NCBI GenBank assembly: GCA_013239625.1
Contig: MU054391.1
Location: 4,671,824-4,735,823 of the forward strand
Reading direction: 5' to 3'
Source: Lama guanicoe
Taxonomy: Eukaryota
DNA length: 64,000 nucleotides
Of this stretch, positions 1 to 12,552 are shown one piece after another. Under the pieces are notes generated by a model. The model was not told the DNA's origin, searched no databases, and saw only the letters and a list, made by a program, of their open reading frames with translations. Position 1 is the stretch's first letter. Each line of letters starts with the position of its first letter. Both the position numbers and the translations under genes were made by a program.

Positions 1-984
1 ATTGCTGTGCTAAGTTTTCTTTCTCCGTTAGCTATTTGATTTATACTCACCATTACCAGGCACCAGGTAGAGGGACCTTCAGCATGTCAGGCCCGTCTCT
101 AACATGGCAACAGCCAAATCTGAGGCTTCCTGATTCAGACCTTCCTGATAAATTAGCAACAAATGCAGGGCTTCAGGGCATGTGAGGGAGTGTAGTTCAG
201 AAAGAGCAGGAAAAAAGGCACTCACACAACCCTAAATTATGGGGAAAAAAGAATGATCATTCCACCAGAACTTCTAAGACAGAAGGTCTCCTGAAGAATA
301 TCCCTGCAGAACACCAGCCAGTTTCCACGGAACGGGAAGGTCCATTAACACGTGGTCAGAGACATCTCTGGGGACCAGCTGCCGCCAGGTCAGAAAGGGA
401 GATGGAGCAGAGGTGATGGGGAAGGGGAGAGTGACTTTTCACACAGAAGAAGAGAGACGCAGGGCAAAGTAGGGCAATCTTGTCGTGTTGTAAACAAGCC
501 TTTTATTCACAGTTGTGGATCAGTGTGAATCAACACCAGCTACGAAGAAAAAGAAGAGAAAGAAAATTGGGCCTCCCAGATAAACATCTGACGAGCATCC
601 CGTGAACGCTTCCAAACCTAGAAAGGAAAAAAAAAATAATCAGGGCTTTAAAAAAAAGAGAGAGGCTCAGATCGAAAAAAACATCAAAAATCAAGAGCTT
701 CCATTTCTTAACATTGAGATCCAGGCCCCTCACTGCTATCAGCCTTTTCATTTCAATGTCACTGTTCTTTTTTCTTTCTCTTTGATTCAGAGATTAGCCG
801 AGTGTATTAATACATGTTTCCCACTTCCTGCCCACACGCTTTTATCTGCGTTTCTTCAAGGTCTCACCATGAGACACAGGCAAGTTCTTCAAAAACCGAT
901 GCGACTTCCCCGGCCAGCTGTTAGCTAGTCATTTCCTGCTGTAATTTATGGATGGCACAAAAGGCTTCCTTCAGTCCAAGCTCT

Positions 985-1490
985 GTTACAGGTGCCCAGG
1001 AGCCAGATCTGAACAAGGCAGAAGAGGACCTGGCTTTCCTGGAGCGTGGGCTCTAGTTGAAAGAGACAGATGCTAAAGAAGGAACAGACATTAAGTCACC
1101 ATCGCGCGTGATAAGTACCCCGAAGTGGGTAGCACAGGGTGACAGGCTAGACTAGAATCATCTCGGCAAGATGTTCAAACCAGGACGGTGAGAAAGGAGG
1201 GGCTGTGAGATGTTTGGGGAAAGAAGATTCTAGAAAGAATCGAAGATATAAAATCTTTGGGGCAAGCACAAGGTTGGCATGTTCCAAAAAAAAGTCAAAG
1301 ACGGTTGAGACGGCTGAAATCCAAGAATAACAACAGAAAATGAGATGGGGCAGAAAACACAGGTAGAGGCCAGATCACGCAGAGCTTTCTAGGTCAAAGC
1401 AAGGGAGCTGAATTTCACACAAGGGGCAATGGAAGCTCCCAGAAATGTCTTCAGCAAAGTAGATTTACCTTTTAGAAAATGCTGACTAAT
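985..1490 (-). mobile_element. L2 LINE fragment (ancient)
   Basis: Degenerate antisense-L2-like phrases (ggagcgtgggctctagttgaaagagacag; gaggccagatcacgcagagc; gggcaatggaagc); boundaries approximate. Confidence 0.55.
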
Positions 1491-2381
1491 GCTTTTAGGA
1501 AATATGCAACCCGGTGCCAAACTCTGCCTTAAGTGGCATTATTGCCACCCAGGAGGTAGGGGAGGCTGTTAGGACATCTATCAGAAATTCCATTTTTAAT
1601 AGATTTCTGATTCCATCGCAAAAAAAAAAAAACAGCTCTGGGCTCATACTTGGCTTGGCATATATTAAAAATCTGTTTGGAAGCAAACTGTTTTTTAAAG
1701 TACCTTTGGTTTTAATTAGTTTAGCATTTTAATTTTGAGAAAGGATGAGAACCCTTAATAAGAAGCATTTTCCATTTGGGTGTTTAAATCTGTACCATAA
1801 TGTTACATTAAAATCGTTGCTGGTGTGTTAATTAATAATTATCTTAGGAATATTGCAAATGTGAAAGGCCACCGTGGCTCACCAGCTTCATCTGAGCTCA
1901 CTCCCTTTAAAAATTCTATTACTTCTTGCTACAAGTGACAAGATCGTTTAATTTCTTCAATGTGACATTCTTATTACACATAGGGCTTTTCATCTAAGTG
2001 AATTTATTGGCTGTGACAGGCCCTGAAACTCGCTTTTATTTTTTCAAAATGCGTTTTGTCAAATAGTTTGCCTGTTAATTCGATCCATGTTTAGACGACA
2101 AATAACTCTGTCCTATCCATGTCTCCACTCGGGGATGCGAACACTGAGCTCCAGAGAAGAGCAGAGCGAGAACAGTCATGTCTGGGGTGGCTACGTGAGC
2201 TCCGAGGTGGGGACCAAAGCTGCCACGTGGAGATGCACTTTTGTGCCCAGAAATGGCCTTTAACATTTCTACTTAGATGGCAGCAGTGGGAGGGACAGGG
2301 CAAAATCATTCAAAAACATTGAAATGTTAAAATGATAAATTTTTCAATATTTATAGCAATTCAGGAGACTTTAAGCAGCTT

Positions 2382-2529
2382 GGGGAGAGGGTAGAGCTCG
2401 GTGGTAGCGTGCACGCTTAGCGTGCATGAGGTCCTGCGTTCAGTCCCCAGTACCCCTGTTGACATAAATAAGCAAATGAACCTAATTACCTCCGCTTCCA
2501 AAAGAAGCAGAAGCCGAAGAAGGAGAAGC
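2382..2529 (+). mobile_element. tRNA-Ala-derived camelid SINE (Vic-1-like)
   Basis: Head ggggagagggtagagctcggtggtagcgtgcacgcttagcgtgcatgaggtcctgcgttcagtcccc resembles tRNA-Ala(AGC); body cctaattacctcc; purine-rich tail; TSD agcagcttggg at 2374-2384 and 2530-2540. Confidence 0.85.
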
Positions 2530-2869
2530 AGCAGCTTGGGTGGGGCCGAAGAAAACCCATGTCCTCTGAGTCCGATTTTAAAATAGTGAAATATTTACGT
2601 CTTGCCTGATGGGATGCTTTGATGAAAAGGGGTAAGAGCTGTATTCGTGTTTGTGCTCAACCCACTCAAAGACTAGATATTTTCTGCATTAAAAGGAACC
2701 AGTACTTCATGGAAGTGACCTCCTGAGGCCAAAGCCAAGTACGTCAGGAAGCAGTTGGCTCAACTCACAAAGGTCACGGCCACTAGGCCGGGTCCTCTTA
2801 TTCCGTGTCCCCTCCACGTGCACAGTAAGGATAAGGGCAGGAGAGGCTCCCAGTGATGGAGGTGGTGCT

Positions 2870-3050
2870 TTATTTACATCCCTTTACCCCCACTTACGTC
2901 CATTACCTCGTTTAGTCCTTACTGCAGCCCATGGGACATGGTGACCCCCAGCCATGTCACACATGAGGGAAATCAAGGCTCAGACAGATAAAGGCCCTTG
3001 CCTCAGGCACACGGGACTCCCCCGCAGTCTGTCTGACTCTTCCACTGTGT
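2870..3050 (-). mobile_element. MIR SINE
   Basis: Antisense MIR core-like cacatgagggaaatcaaggctcagacagataaagg. Confidence 0.55.
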
Positions 3051-3324
3051 GTCGTGCTGCCTGCTGGACCACGGCTGTTGGGATTTCAGGCATATGGCGT
3101 CACCAAGCACCTTGGTCCACATCAGAAAGGTGTGGAGAGCATCACACTGGCAGCCCCAGCGGGCGAGCAAAACCCAGGAGGACTGCAGTGGCGATGAAAG
3201 GAGGGACACACACCCATTGCCACTTTTCTCATGGAGAGGTGGGTCCTTTCTGTCTCTCTCCCGGGTCTCGGCTGGTCTGTGACTCCTTTGACAAACAGGG
3301 CATAGTAGAAGTGATTCCAGGCTA

Positions 3325-3509
3325 TGGTTGTCAGGAAAAATGCAGAACCCCCAGTTCAACTCAGATTTCTGACAAATAACAGTTGTTTTTGGATGAGTGT
3401 GCCCCATGCAGTATTTGAGTCATACCTATACTAATAATTATGATGGTTCATATGAAATTTAAGTTGAACCGGGCATCCTGTCATTTCATTTGCTAAATCT
3501 GGCAACCCC
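3325..3509. mobile_element. MER53 palindromic DNA-transposon MITE
   Basis: TIR-like ends ggttgtcagg...atttgctaaatctggcaaccc and centre gtgtgccccatgcagtatttgagtcatacctatacta match the recalled MER53 consensus. Confidence 0.8.
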
Positions 3510-3515
3510 ACTCCA

Positions 3516-3846
3516 TCTTCTTTTTTTTTTTTTAAATGAAGTGTAGTTGATTTACAATGCGTTAGTTTCTGGTGTACAGCATAGTGATTCAGTTATATAT
3601 ATACATATATATATATATGTATATATGTTCCTTTTCATTTCTTTTTCATTCTAGTCTATTACAAGATATCAAATATAGTTGGATAAAGAAGTTGTGATAC
3701 ACACACACACACACACCCCCATACACACAAAGGAATACTCCTCAGCCATAAAAAGGATAAAATAATGCCATATGCAGCAATATGGATGGAATTGGAGACT
3801 GCCATACTAAGTGAAGAAAGCAAGAAAGAGCAATTAAAGTACCATA
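3516..3846 (-). mobile_element. 5'-inverted (twin-primed) truncated L1
   Basis: Poly(T) plus antisense 3'UTR 3516-3680, then a sense ORF2-end segment 3681-3846 (MPYAAIWMELETAILSE...KYHM); perfect 16-bp TSD tggcaaccccactcca at 3500-3515 and 3847-3862. Confidence 0.9.
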
Positions 3847-4956
3847 TGGCAACCCCACTCCAGTTTCAAGACCAGCCTTTGAGAGAACCAGGAGCATCTG
3901 CCGATCCCTTGTCTCCTGAAGCAGCCATGGAACGAGGCTGGACTACTCTGCAGGAGAGACCACGTGGAGGACGTGGAGGGGGGATCCGGTTGAGCCCAAG
4001 CATGCAGCCACCCTGCCAAGGCTCCGCATATGTGCGTGAAGCCATCTGGAATGGTCCAGACCAGACCAGCCGCCAGATGAACACCACGGAGCCACCCCAG
4101 TCTGCACCAAGGGAAGCAGAGAGGCAGCCCTGGCTCTGCCTGAAATCCTGATCCACACAGTCACAAGCCAGAACAGAACGGATACTGTCTTTAGCCACCG
4201 CATGGTCGGGTAGCTCAACACACAGCACTCGAGAAGCAGATCAGAAGTGGAAAAGACAGAAGGGGAAAAGTGGAAGTCAAAGCTGAGGCCCACAGTCATG
4301 GAAAAGCTATGACAACCTCAGACGTCTGTGAGACATCAGAAGATACGCAACTGTTTAGCCCACATCAATTTTTAAATTAAAGCGTTTAATTTACTGTAGC
4401 TTAACCTTTGCTTTCGCTTTTTGAGTGAACATTGATGGCTCACAAATTCCGTTTTTAAAATATAGCCTGAAATGTGAAAATAATTGTAAGGAATATTTCT
4501 CGGTCTTCACCTCTCTAGGTCCTCCCTTTCACGGCATGGTTCTTTTTAAAAAATAAATTAGAATAGCTTGTTTATGAGCTACCAGCAGCTGTTGATTCAT
4601 TTGCTAATTAATGATTCAGACAAAATCAGTGTGTAATATCCAGTGATAACCAGTTTATAATTATGAGTTCTTTCCTTGTCATAAACCTTACAAATTACAG
4701 ACATTTTGGAATTTTTATTCATCATTGGTTACTGAATAGACTCTTGGAATGATTCTGGTCATTATTTCATCAATTACAGCCAAGGAAGAAACCTGGGCCT
4801 CTCTTTGGTTCCTTCTTTATTATCTCCCAGGACCAGCCACCACCTGTGGATTCTGCCCCCAAACAGCCTGCAAAGCCACACAGCCCATCACAACTGTCTT
4901 AGTTCAGGACCAAGACACCCGTCTTTCTACTGGTTGTCTTGACATCATCCCTACAC

Positions 4957-5400
4957 TGGGCGGTTGCTTGAATAATGGCCCCCAAAGAGGTCCGCGTCCT
5001 AATCCCTGGAACCTGTGAGTCTGTTACCTTGTACAATGAAAGGGGCTCTGCAGCTGTGCCGAAGTGAAGGGTTTTGAGATGGAGAGGTCATCCGGGATAA
5101 CCTGGGGAGCCAGCGTGGTCACAGGGTTCGTGTAAGAGGGAGGCAGTAGAATTACAGTCAGAGAGAGATGATGTGGTGCGGGAACGCGAGGCTGCAGGGA
5201 TGCCCTTTGCAGATGGAGGAAGGGGCCCTGCGCCAAGGAAAGCAGGCGGCCTCCGAGGCTGGAAAGGCTGGAAACCGCCTGTTCTGAAGCCCCTCCAGGA
5301 GGAGCACAGCCGCCGGACCTCCAGCCTGTCTGTGGGACTGTCGTGTGGGAGCCACTGCCTTGGGGGCAATTTGCAGCAGCAGCAAGAGGAATTGAATACA
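4957..5400 (+). mobile_element. MaLR solo LTR (MLT1C/D-like)
   Basis: aataatggcccccaaagaggtccgcgtcctaatccctggaacctgtga...gttttgagatggagaggtcatccgggata...gcaatttgcagcagcagcaagaggaattgaataca. Confidence 0.85.
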
Positions 5401-5469
5401 CTCCCCCAATTCCTTCTCCATGTCAACAAGGTCTCTTGCAGTTATAAACGTGCTCAAGTCACCCCCCCA

Positions 5470-6340
5470 GCAGAAAACTCGCTATAAAGGCTTCTATTTG
5501 AGATTAAAATAAAATCCAAACTCCTAAAAATAGCCCTCGGGCCCTGTCTCAACAAAACCCTTTGCCCTCGGGTCTTTCCATCCCCACCCCCACGCCCACC
5601 CCCACTAAACTCTAGCAGACAATGCCTTCCTGTTCCTCAGACAGTCCAAGTTCTTCTTGGCCCTCAGGCCAGGGAAAGAGATCAGAACGTGTCACCATGT
5701 GTCCTGCCTTTTTCCTCCCTAATCCCACAGAGAGGCTGCATTTCAAAGCTCCCTCGCATTTATCCCATGTGATCCGTGGAGTGGGTGCAGCCTGGTATTT
5801 GCCCCTTCCCGCCCCTCCCCACAGTCCTCCAGGCCCTCACTGGTTCCCATCTGACGGCTGATACACAAGGTACAGAGCCCCCTGGAGGCTGTGGGGTGAC
5901 ATCTTCCATGTGGCCGGCGAAGCACCGCCCCACACCCACATCTGGTTCTGAAGTGAAAAAGAATTGCGCTGTCTGTGTTCAGCCACTGAGACTTGGGGAT
6001 TGTTACATTGTTACAACCGCTGGCTCACTGTAAAACCTGTGCAGAAACCGTCACCCTTGCCTGGAACATTCTCACTCTAGAAATTTCCATAGCAGCCTCC
6101 CCAAGTCTCAGCTCCAATGCCTTTACCCACCAAGGCTGTCTGACCACCCGACTTAAAGGAACTCCCCGCCCCTGTGAGCTTGTTGCATTTCTTCAGAATA
6201 GTTGTCATTAGCCCCAATATTTTTTTAGCTTTTTCTTTATCTGTTCATCATTATACCCTCTATATATCCACAGCACCTAACACAGTAAGCCTCAATACAT
6301 ATTTGTCCTGTGGGTGGATGGGTGGATGGATGGGTGGATG
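5470..6340 (+). mobile_element. L2 3' fragment, probably split by an MLT1 LTR remnant (~5690-6030)
   Basis: aaaatccaaactcct; gcctggaacattctc; cagcacctaacacagtaagcctcaatacatatttg plus (ggat)n tail; MLT-like end cagccactgagacttggggattgtt near 5980-6003. Confidence 0.55.
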
Positions 6341-6629
6341 CACGGGTAGACAGAAGAAAGAGTGTGAACACACAGGTTGGCAAATGCAGGACTTCTAAGA
6401 AGCTGGGAAGAGGCCCGCACAGCTAGAGAGAAGTGTAAAGATCAGCAGGTCAGGTGACGGATGTTTGTGTGTGACTCTAGAAGTCCTCATCTTTACCTCA
6501 GAGGGATGAGGAAGCTGCTAAGGTCTCTGTGATCAGAGCAGGTTTTCCAGTATTTTACTTTGGCAGCCGTGTAAACAGTATTTGAGATAGAAAGATTGGA
6601 GGTAAATTGCCCAATTAGGAAACCATTTG

Positions 6630-6885
6630 TAACAATAATAAATACGCATTATTAGCATTTATGGGACCCTAAGTACATAGTAAGCACTGCATTAACAATG
6701 TAAATGCACTAGAGTTCATTTAATCTTCACAACCATGGGTTAAAGTGGTATGATTACGTCTATTAAATAGACATGAAAACTGAAGCACAGAGAGGGCAAG
6801 TAACTCGCTAAGATCACACAGCCAGTGATCAGTGGAGTTACGATTTGAACCTCAGCAATCTGAGGCCACGCCCAATGCTTCTAAG
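6630..6885 (-). mobile_element. MIR SINE
   Basis: tcatttaatcttcacaacc...gaaaactgaagcacagagagggcaagtaactcgctaagatcacacagc...gatttgaacc. Confidence 0.8.
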
Positions 6886-7814
6886 CCAAAAGAGAACACA
6901 GAGAAACAGGCAGAGGCCACCAGCAGTAGAGAGGATGAACTAGTTTCTGAGAAGTCTGAGTGAGTACCGGCGGTGCCCAGAACGTCTCAGGTAGTTTTAA
7001 TCATCCTGGGGATGACTCAGCTCGGCCTTTCCGGTTCCGCTCTTAGGGGTGGGTGTTCATAGGTACTGACCAGAACTGGTGCTCCCCAGTGGGCATGTAT
7101 CTCTAGTCCTGGGCTCATGGAGATCTGTCTGCTTTAGGTCCCCCATTGATTTGATCACGAGGCCCTTTTTTTTCATTTCAAACAGCACGTCTAAGGATGT
7201 GTTCAGCCTTGCTTCAATTCCAGGCCCAAGCTACGGTAATTGTAATTTTTTCCTTTGGTATGCATGAGTGTTCCTATGGGAACGTAATTTAGCTGGACAT
7301 ATTAAATCATGTCATCGGCAGTCACAAGCCAAATGAATTATTGATCAATGGCTGTGAAATCAAAGTGCATCTGCAGAATTACATTTGGAAGCAGGGATTC
7401 ATTTACAGTCAACTTTATTCCGGAAGGCCTCCATCTGACTAAGCACTGCCCAGAATGCTCTTTTCAGGGCTTTGCTTCCTAGGCTCTTGAGTGTCTGTAT
7501 TATGTCTTTGAAAAGGCCTTGCAAGCTCTCCGATAAATACAAGTGCTGGAGTGATTACCATTGCAGGTGATTGTCTTGTGTTCAGGAGCTGAAATGCACA
7601 AAAGCATTTTCCAGCCTGTGTATCACCTACACCCGCCGCCTCCGCTCCTACCCACAATGACACCCCCTCTCCACCCGCGTTCCTTAGTGTCCTTAGTGCC
7701 CACTAAGTGATGCTGTCGGCGGCACCAGCCCCAGGCTCTGGCTCCCTGATTTTCCTCCTGGTCTGGGTTGTTCCTCCCACACATACCCACAGACTTTGTT
7801 CCTCCACTTCTTAT

Positions 7815-7970
7815 ACATCGTGTGACTTAATCATCTCAACCCCATTAGGCAGCATCATTACCATCCCCACTGGACAAGCAAGGAAACAGAGAAGGTTAGG
7901 AACTCTCTCCCAGAGTTGCACAGCTTACAGGGAGGAGAAGCAAGATTGGAAACTGGGCAGCCTGAATCCA
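7815..7970 (-). mobile_element. MIR SINE
   Basis: ttaatcatctcaaccccattaggcagcatcattaccatcccc...gaggaaacagagaaggttagg...gttgcacagc. Confidence 0.6.
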
Positions 7971-8109
7971 GAGCAAATGGACATCCCTCACTCTCCGCCC
8001 AGGAGATGCCGAGGGAAGTGGTAAGGAGGTGACGTTTGAGGAACCTGCCTTGCTAGTTTACAAAAGTGCCATGGGGTGTCGGGACGGGGCGAGGTCCCCT
8101 GTTCACACA

Positions 8110-8260
8110 ACGCCTCCTCCCTCATCTACACGGACAGGCGTGCAGATCATGCAGATCTTCTCAAAGCACAGATTCTGACTCCGTGGGGATGGGGAGGCCA
8201 GATTCTGCATTTCTAACAAACTTGCGGGTACTGCTGATCCCATGGCAGCCAGGTTCCCGT
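8110..8260. mobile_element. MER5A-like hAT-Charlie MITE
   Basis: cagattctgactccgtggggatggggaggccagattctgcatttctaacaaac...gctgatcc. Confidence 0.65.
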
Positions 8261-8759
8261 GACTCATTCAGGGTGAAGGAGGGTGAGTGAGGAGGCTGCC
8301 ACATCGGTCATGCCTCTGCAAGAAAGAGACGGTGCTTCACGGGGCCGTGGATGAGCTCAATGAAGAGAATGCTCAGAGGGCGGTGGGCGGGGTGAAGCCA
8401 TCGGCGGGTGAGGGAAGACAAGGAAGTAGCTGTGGCAGGAAGCCTTGCCAAGATCTGAGGGGACGAGGATGGAGCCCCAGCCACGGCAGAGGGCATACCG
8501 GGCGGGCACCGGTGGCCCCAGCCACTGCCACACACCGTCCAGCAGGGATGGGGCTGGGGGAACAATGACCCTGACCCTCTCTCCTCCAAGTGTCCTGCAG
8601 GTGCCTCTCCCAGTCAAATCCAGCCCTGCCCACTAAGCCCGAGGCACCGGCCAGGTCCAGGAAGGATGAATGACGGTTTGAGCGACAAAGCTGAACAACT
8701 CGTGCAGAAGTCAGCCCACCATGCCGGACCGCCTGACCATGGTGGGAGGATCAGTCCGG

Positions 8760-9100
8760 CTCATTCATTCATTCATCCGTCTAAGGGCTGTTTCCTGAGC
8801 ACCTGACACATGCTGTCCCTTCTAGGCCACGGAGACAGAGAGTCGGCAGGAACAAAGCCCCTCTCCTCCTGGACCTTACACGCCCCGCGTCCAGAGTAGG
8901 CGCGGTACCCAGTGAAAGGATGAGCTGTGGCATGAGGCCGGGCAGTGGTGTAGACAGATAAAGCGGGACCAGGGATGCGGGGGACACGAGGTGCTCTTAT
9001 AGATGAAGTGGCCGAGGAAGGGGTCTTCGAGGAGTGACGTGAATGAAGTCATGGGGCCGGAGGTGGATGCAGATGGAGGAGCTGTCCAGGCATAAAACAG
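8760..9100 (-). mobile_element. L2 3' end
   Basis: (tcat)n tail followed by tgagcacctgac...ctaggc...gaacaaagcccctctcctcctggaccttaca. Confidence 0.6.
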
Positions 9101-10829
9101 CACGGGGGCCCGGGCACCTGGGGGTGCAGCAGGAGGAGGTGCCCAGGCTGCTGCCTGCGCCCCTGCTAACGGGGCGCTCTCCCGGCAGTTGGCCTGTGCT
9201 TTTCTCGGGGGGCTGTTCAGCTCCACCCTGGGCTCCTGAGGAAGGAAGCCATCCTTCCTGTCGGTGCCCTGAACCACCAATCCCGGGATCCTGTGCCTCC
9301 AATCACTGCCCTTGCCCTCCGTCTGGACCACAAGAACCCGGGCAGCCTCTCTTCTGTGCCCCCTGATGGCCTAGGAAAGCTGGAATGGGTGGAGGCCACC
9401 CCGTCTCTCTCCAGGCCACATCATACTAGCGTGTCAGCTTGCCTCCTGCCTTCAGGAATCTCTGCAGCCAGAAGGCAAGTCTCTATGATCAGGTACATCT
9501 TCAAATGTCACAGAACCTGTGTTAAGCTCCCTCCAGTTCTGCTATGACGGCAGCGCGAGGATGGGCCCAGAGGCTTGCACAGCTCAGCCAGCGTCTCCTG
9601 GGCAGGAGCTGCAGGCGCCTCGTTCACAGACACTAGTCCACTGACCCTGAGGAGTCCTTTGGAGACTTGCCTTTGACTTGCCCACACTCCACCGAAGGAG
9701 GGAGCAAAGGCTCCCACCCAGCCCCAGACCCTGCGCTCCCCAGAGGCCAGCCACCACCCCTGCCCTTCCGGGCCCCGGCCTCTTCTCCCGCAGCCTGGGG
9801 GTGAGGGTGCCGGGAAGCACTGGTAGAGCCTTCGGAGGTGTCCGACCCCAGCTCCTCGCTCCTTCTTAGGATGTGGGGCAGGTCGCACGCCTTGTTTTCT
9901 CCCGTGGACCCTCACTGCATAGCAAAGGCCCCAGGCACCAGCTCTGCAAGTGAAACTAACACGCGTCCACAGGCGGCCTTGTTAACTACTTCGGTGAAAA
10001 TGTGGTTTGGGAGAAGCAGCTGCACGTTCTCACAGAAACGAGCTCTGGCCCCGGGATTTGTCGTGATTCTCACCTCGACAGCCACCACGTAACCACAGCC
10101 GGGTCTCATCACACATCCTGTGTATGCGCCCTTCCCAAGGGCCTTGGGCTGAGGGATACTCAGTTTTTCGATGATTGTAATGCAATCCCATATTTGGTGG
10201 ACAGGCCGTGGGCTTGTGATCAGAAGTTGTAGCTGAGACTGGGGGTCCTTCTGCCTCCATCTGAAGCAGCATTAACTCGGAGAGTCCATGGAGTTTGGGA
10301 AAATGTACGTGAAGTCGCAGGATGAACAGGATCTCACATAACTACGTCAACCAAATAAACAGCGGTCGTGGTACAGGTGACAGGTGTTGCTGTCAAAACA
10401 CATCACCGTGATCACTATAACACTGAGCTGACGGCATATATATCAACAAGACTGACGTATGAGGTTCAAATCATAAAATTTGAGAGGTTTTGCGTAAAAT
10501 GATCAAAATATAAGCAATTTCTACCAGGACCCCATCTGCCCATAAATGGGTGGAAAGCATCTGATTGGAGTTATCCTGACAACTCTGAGCGGGTTTTGCC
10601 TAAAGCGGATTTGATGGCCGACGGACTCCAAGAAGCACGAAGGTCCAGTTTGTAAATCATCCCACAGTCAGTTGTGCGCATTCCCAGGCACCGCATCCTC
10701 CTGTTCTGGAGGCCGATGCTGGTTACGGAAGGACCAGTTTGCCATAAACATGATTCTGCCGAGCATCACCTGGGAGGCGCAGGACCCAGTTTGAGTCTGG
10801 GCTGCTGATGGAGTTACAATGATGATCAT

Positions 10830-10945
10830 CGTCTGTTTCCTGCACGCCAGGCGCTCTTCTAAACACCCCGTGTGTCATTTCACTTAGCCTCTCAACCATC
10901 ACACAATGCAGACGCGATGAGGAGACTGAGGCACAGAGCTGCATA
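10830..10945 (-). mobile_element. MIR SINE fragment
   Basis: gccaggcgctcttctaaacac...catttcacttagcctctcaacc...gatgaggagactgaggcacagag. Confidence 0.65.
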
Positions 10946-12552
10946 GGACACAGAAGCAGGGTGAAGAGTGGAGGAAATAGAGACAGTGGTTTGCTGGGTC
11001 TGTTTTACCTTCTATTTCAAATTTCTATGAATGATCCTTTATCTTTTCTGCTGACGAGGAGGAAACAAAAGACATTATACTTGCAACACGAGTTTCTCAG
11101 GTGTTCCCATGCGGTTGAATTTCACTCTGTGCAGCTAACAATAAGGCTTTTTAGGGAACTCCACGCAATGGCATAGACCACATAGTGATACAAAACAAGC
11201 AACCACATTTGCAATAGCCAAAAATTGCTTTGCATAGTAAAGCGTGACTTTAATAAGTCTTTAATAAGTGTTGCACTTGCATGATTTACAGTGGACGTGT
11301 TCTAGCAGTGCCATCCCGATAGCTAATGCCCTGGCAAAAATTTTAAAGGCTGATTTTCGTCGGAGAAATGATTTTCCTTCTTGCAAATGGCCTCTAAATG
11401 AGAAGAGGCATTTGTATTCGTTCTTTGACACTGCAGACGTAGTATTGATCTACAAAATGAATGTTAGAAGGGGGAGAGGCAGGAAGAGAGAGAGAGAGAG
11501 AAAAAAAAGAAAAGATTGTAAGTGAATGGCAGGGAGTGACTGCCATAAGTGTCGTGGCCACGGCGAGAAGAGAGTTTCTTGTTCTTCCTCCAGGGTAATA
11601 GCATCTCATGCCTGTTCTTACTGCCCATTTAGTCAATTTTGCCGAACACCAGGTCCCCTTGTGTCTTATTTACCTACTGAGGTAAAGCCCAGAAGGGTGG
11701 AAATGAACACGGAGGTGCTGCTTAGAAAAAGCAGCATCATTAGAAGAGCTGCAGGCCATGTGTTATTTATCAGGACACTGGCCGAAGCCAAAGGAAGAGG
11801 CAGAGCTGCCTGGCAGAGAGGCAGAGGGCTGTCCTGGCCGGGCCGTGACAAAAGCAGAGTGACAAAGAGAGATACAGAAGAGAATGGAAACTTCACCCAG
11901 ACCAGGTTCTCCCGGGCAGGAAAAGAGGGCCCCTCCGCCCCGCAGAAGCATCCCTGTGTGATTTTCAGGCTGTGCTCTGACCCAGCGCAATCCCTGAAAT
12001 ATGATTCCAGTTTGACCAGAGAAGACACAGTTTCGAGGACCCGGACCTGGTGATTTGCAGGCTGGTTTTGGCCTTTTCACTGACTTGCCTTCACCTGCTC
12101 CACATCATCTCAGGCATAGTACATATCCTACCTGAAAGGACGTTATTGATTCTGTGGTCACCCATCAATAAATGAATCTCTGCTAGACAAGACACAGACA
12201 AATGGTTGGTACAGAATGCCTGCAAGGGCTCACCCTGGCCCTCCCCTCCCCACCAGCCATGTGACCTTCGACCTCCCACTGAAGCCCCCTGGGCCTTTTT
12301 CCATATTAAAAAACAGTGATTTTCTTTAAATGTCTGCTCCATCTGTGTCAGGCCTGGTTTGTCTACCACAAGTTGTAATTATCACATGAATTCGTGGTGC
12401 AAAAGCATTCTCTGTGTTGCACAGCCACCTGAAGAAGCCTGTGTCCCAGGCAGGCTGCCTTTCAGGGCCCCTCTATGGTTAGCAAGGGTTATTTAACTAT
12501 TTGGGCCAATAGAATGGGTAGAAATGTGTTTTGCATGTGAGAAGGATATTAC

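Larger units (their letters stand above)
3190..4235 (+). mobile_element. MaLR solo LTR (MLT1-type), interrupted by MER53 and L1
   Basis: MLT1-like 5' part (gctggtctgtgactcctttgacaaacagggcatagtagaagtgat) resumes after 3862 (gagagaccacgtggag... ctgcctgaaatcctgatccacacagtcacaagc... tgtctttagccac). Confidence 0.65.
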
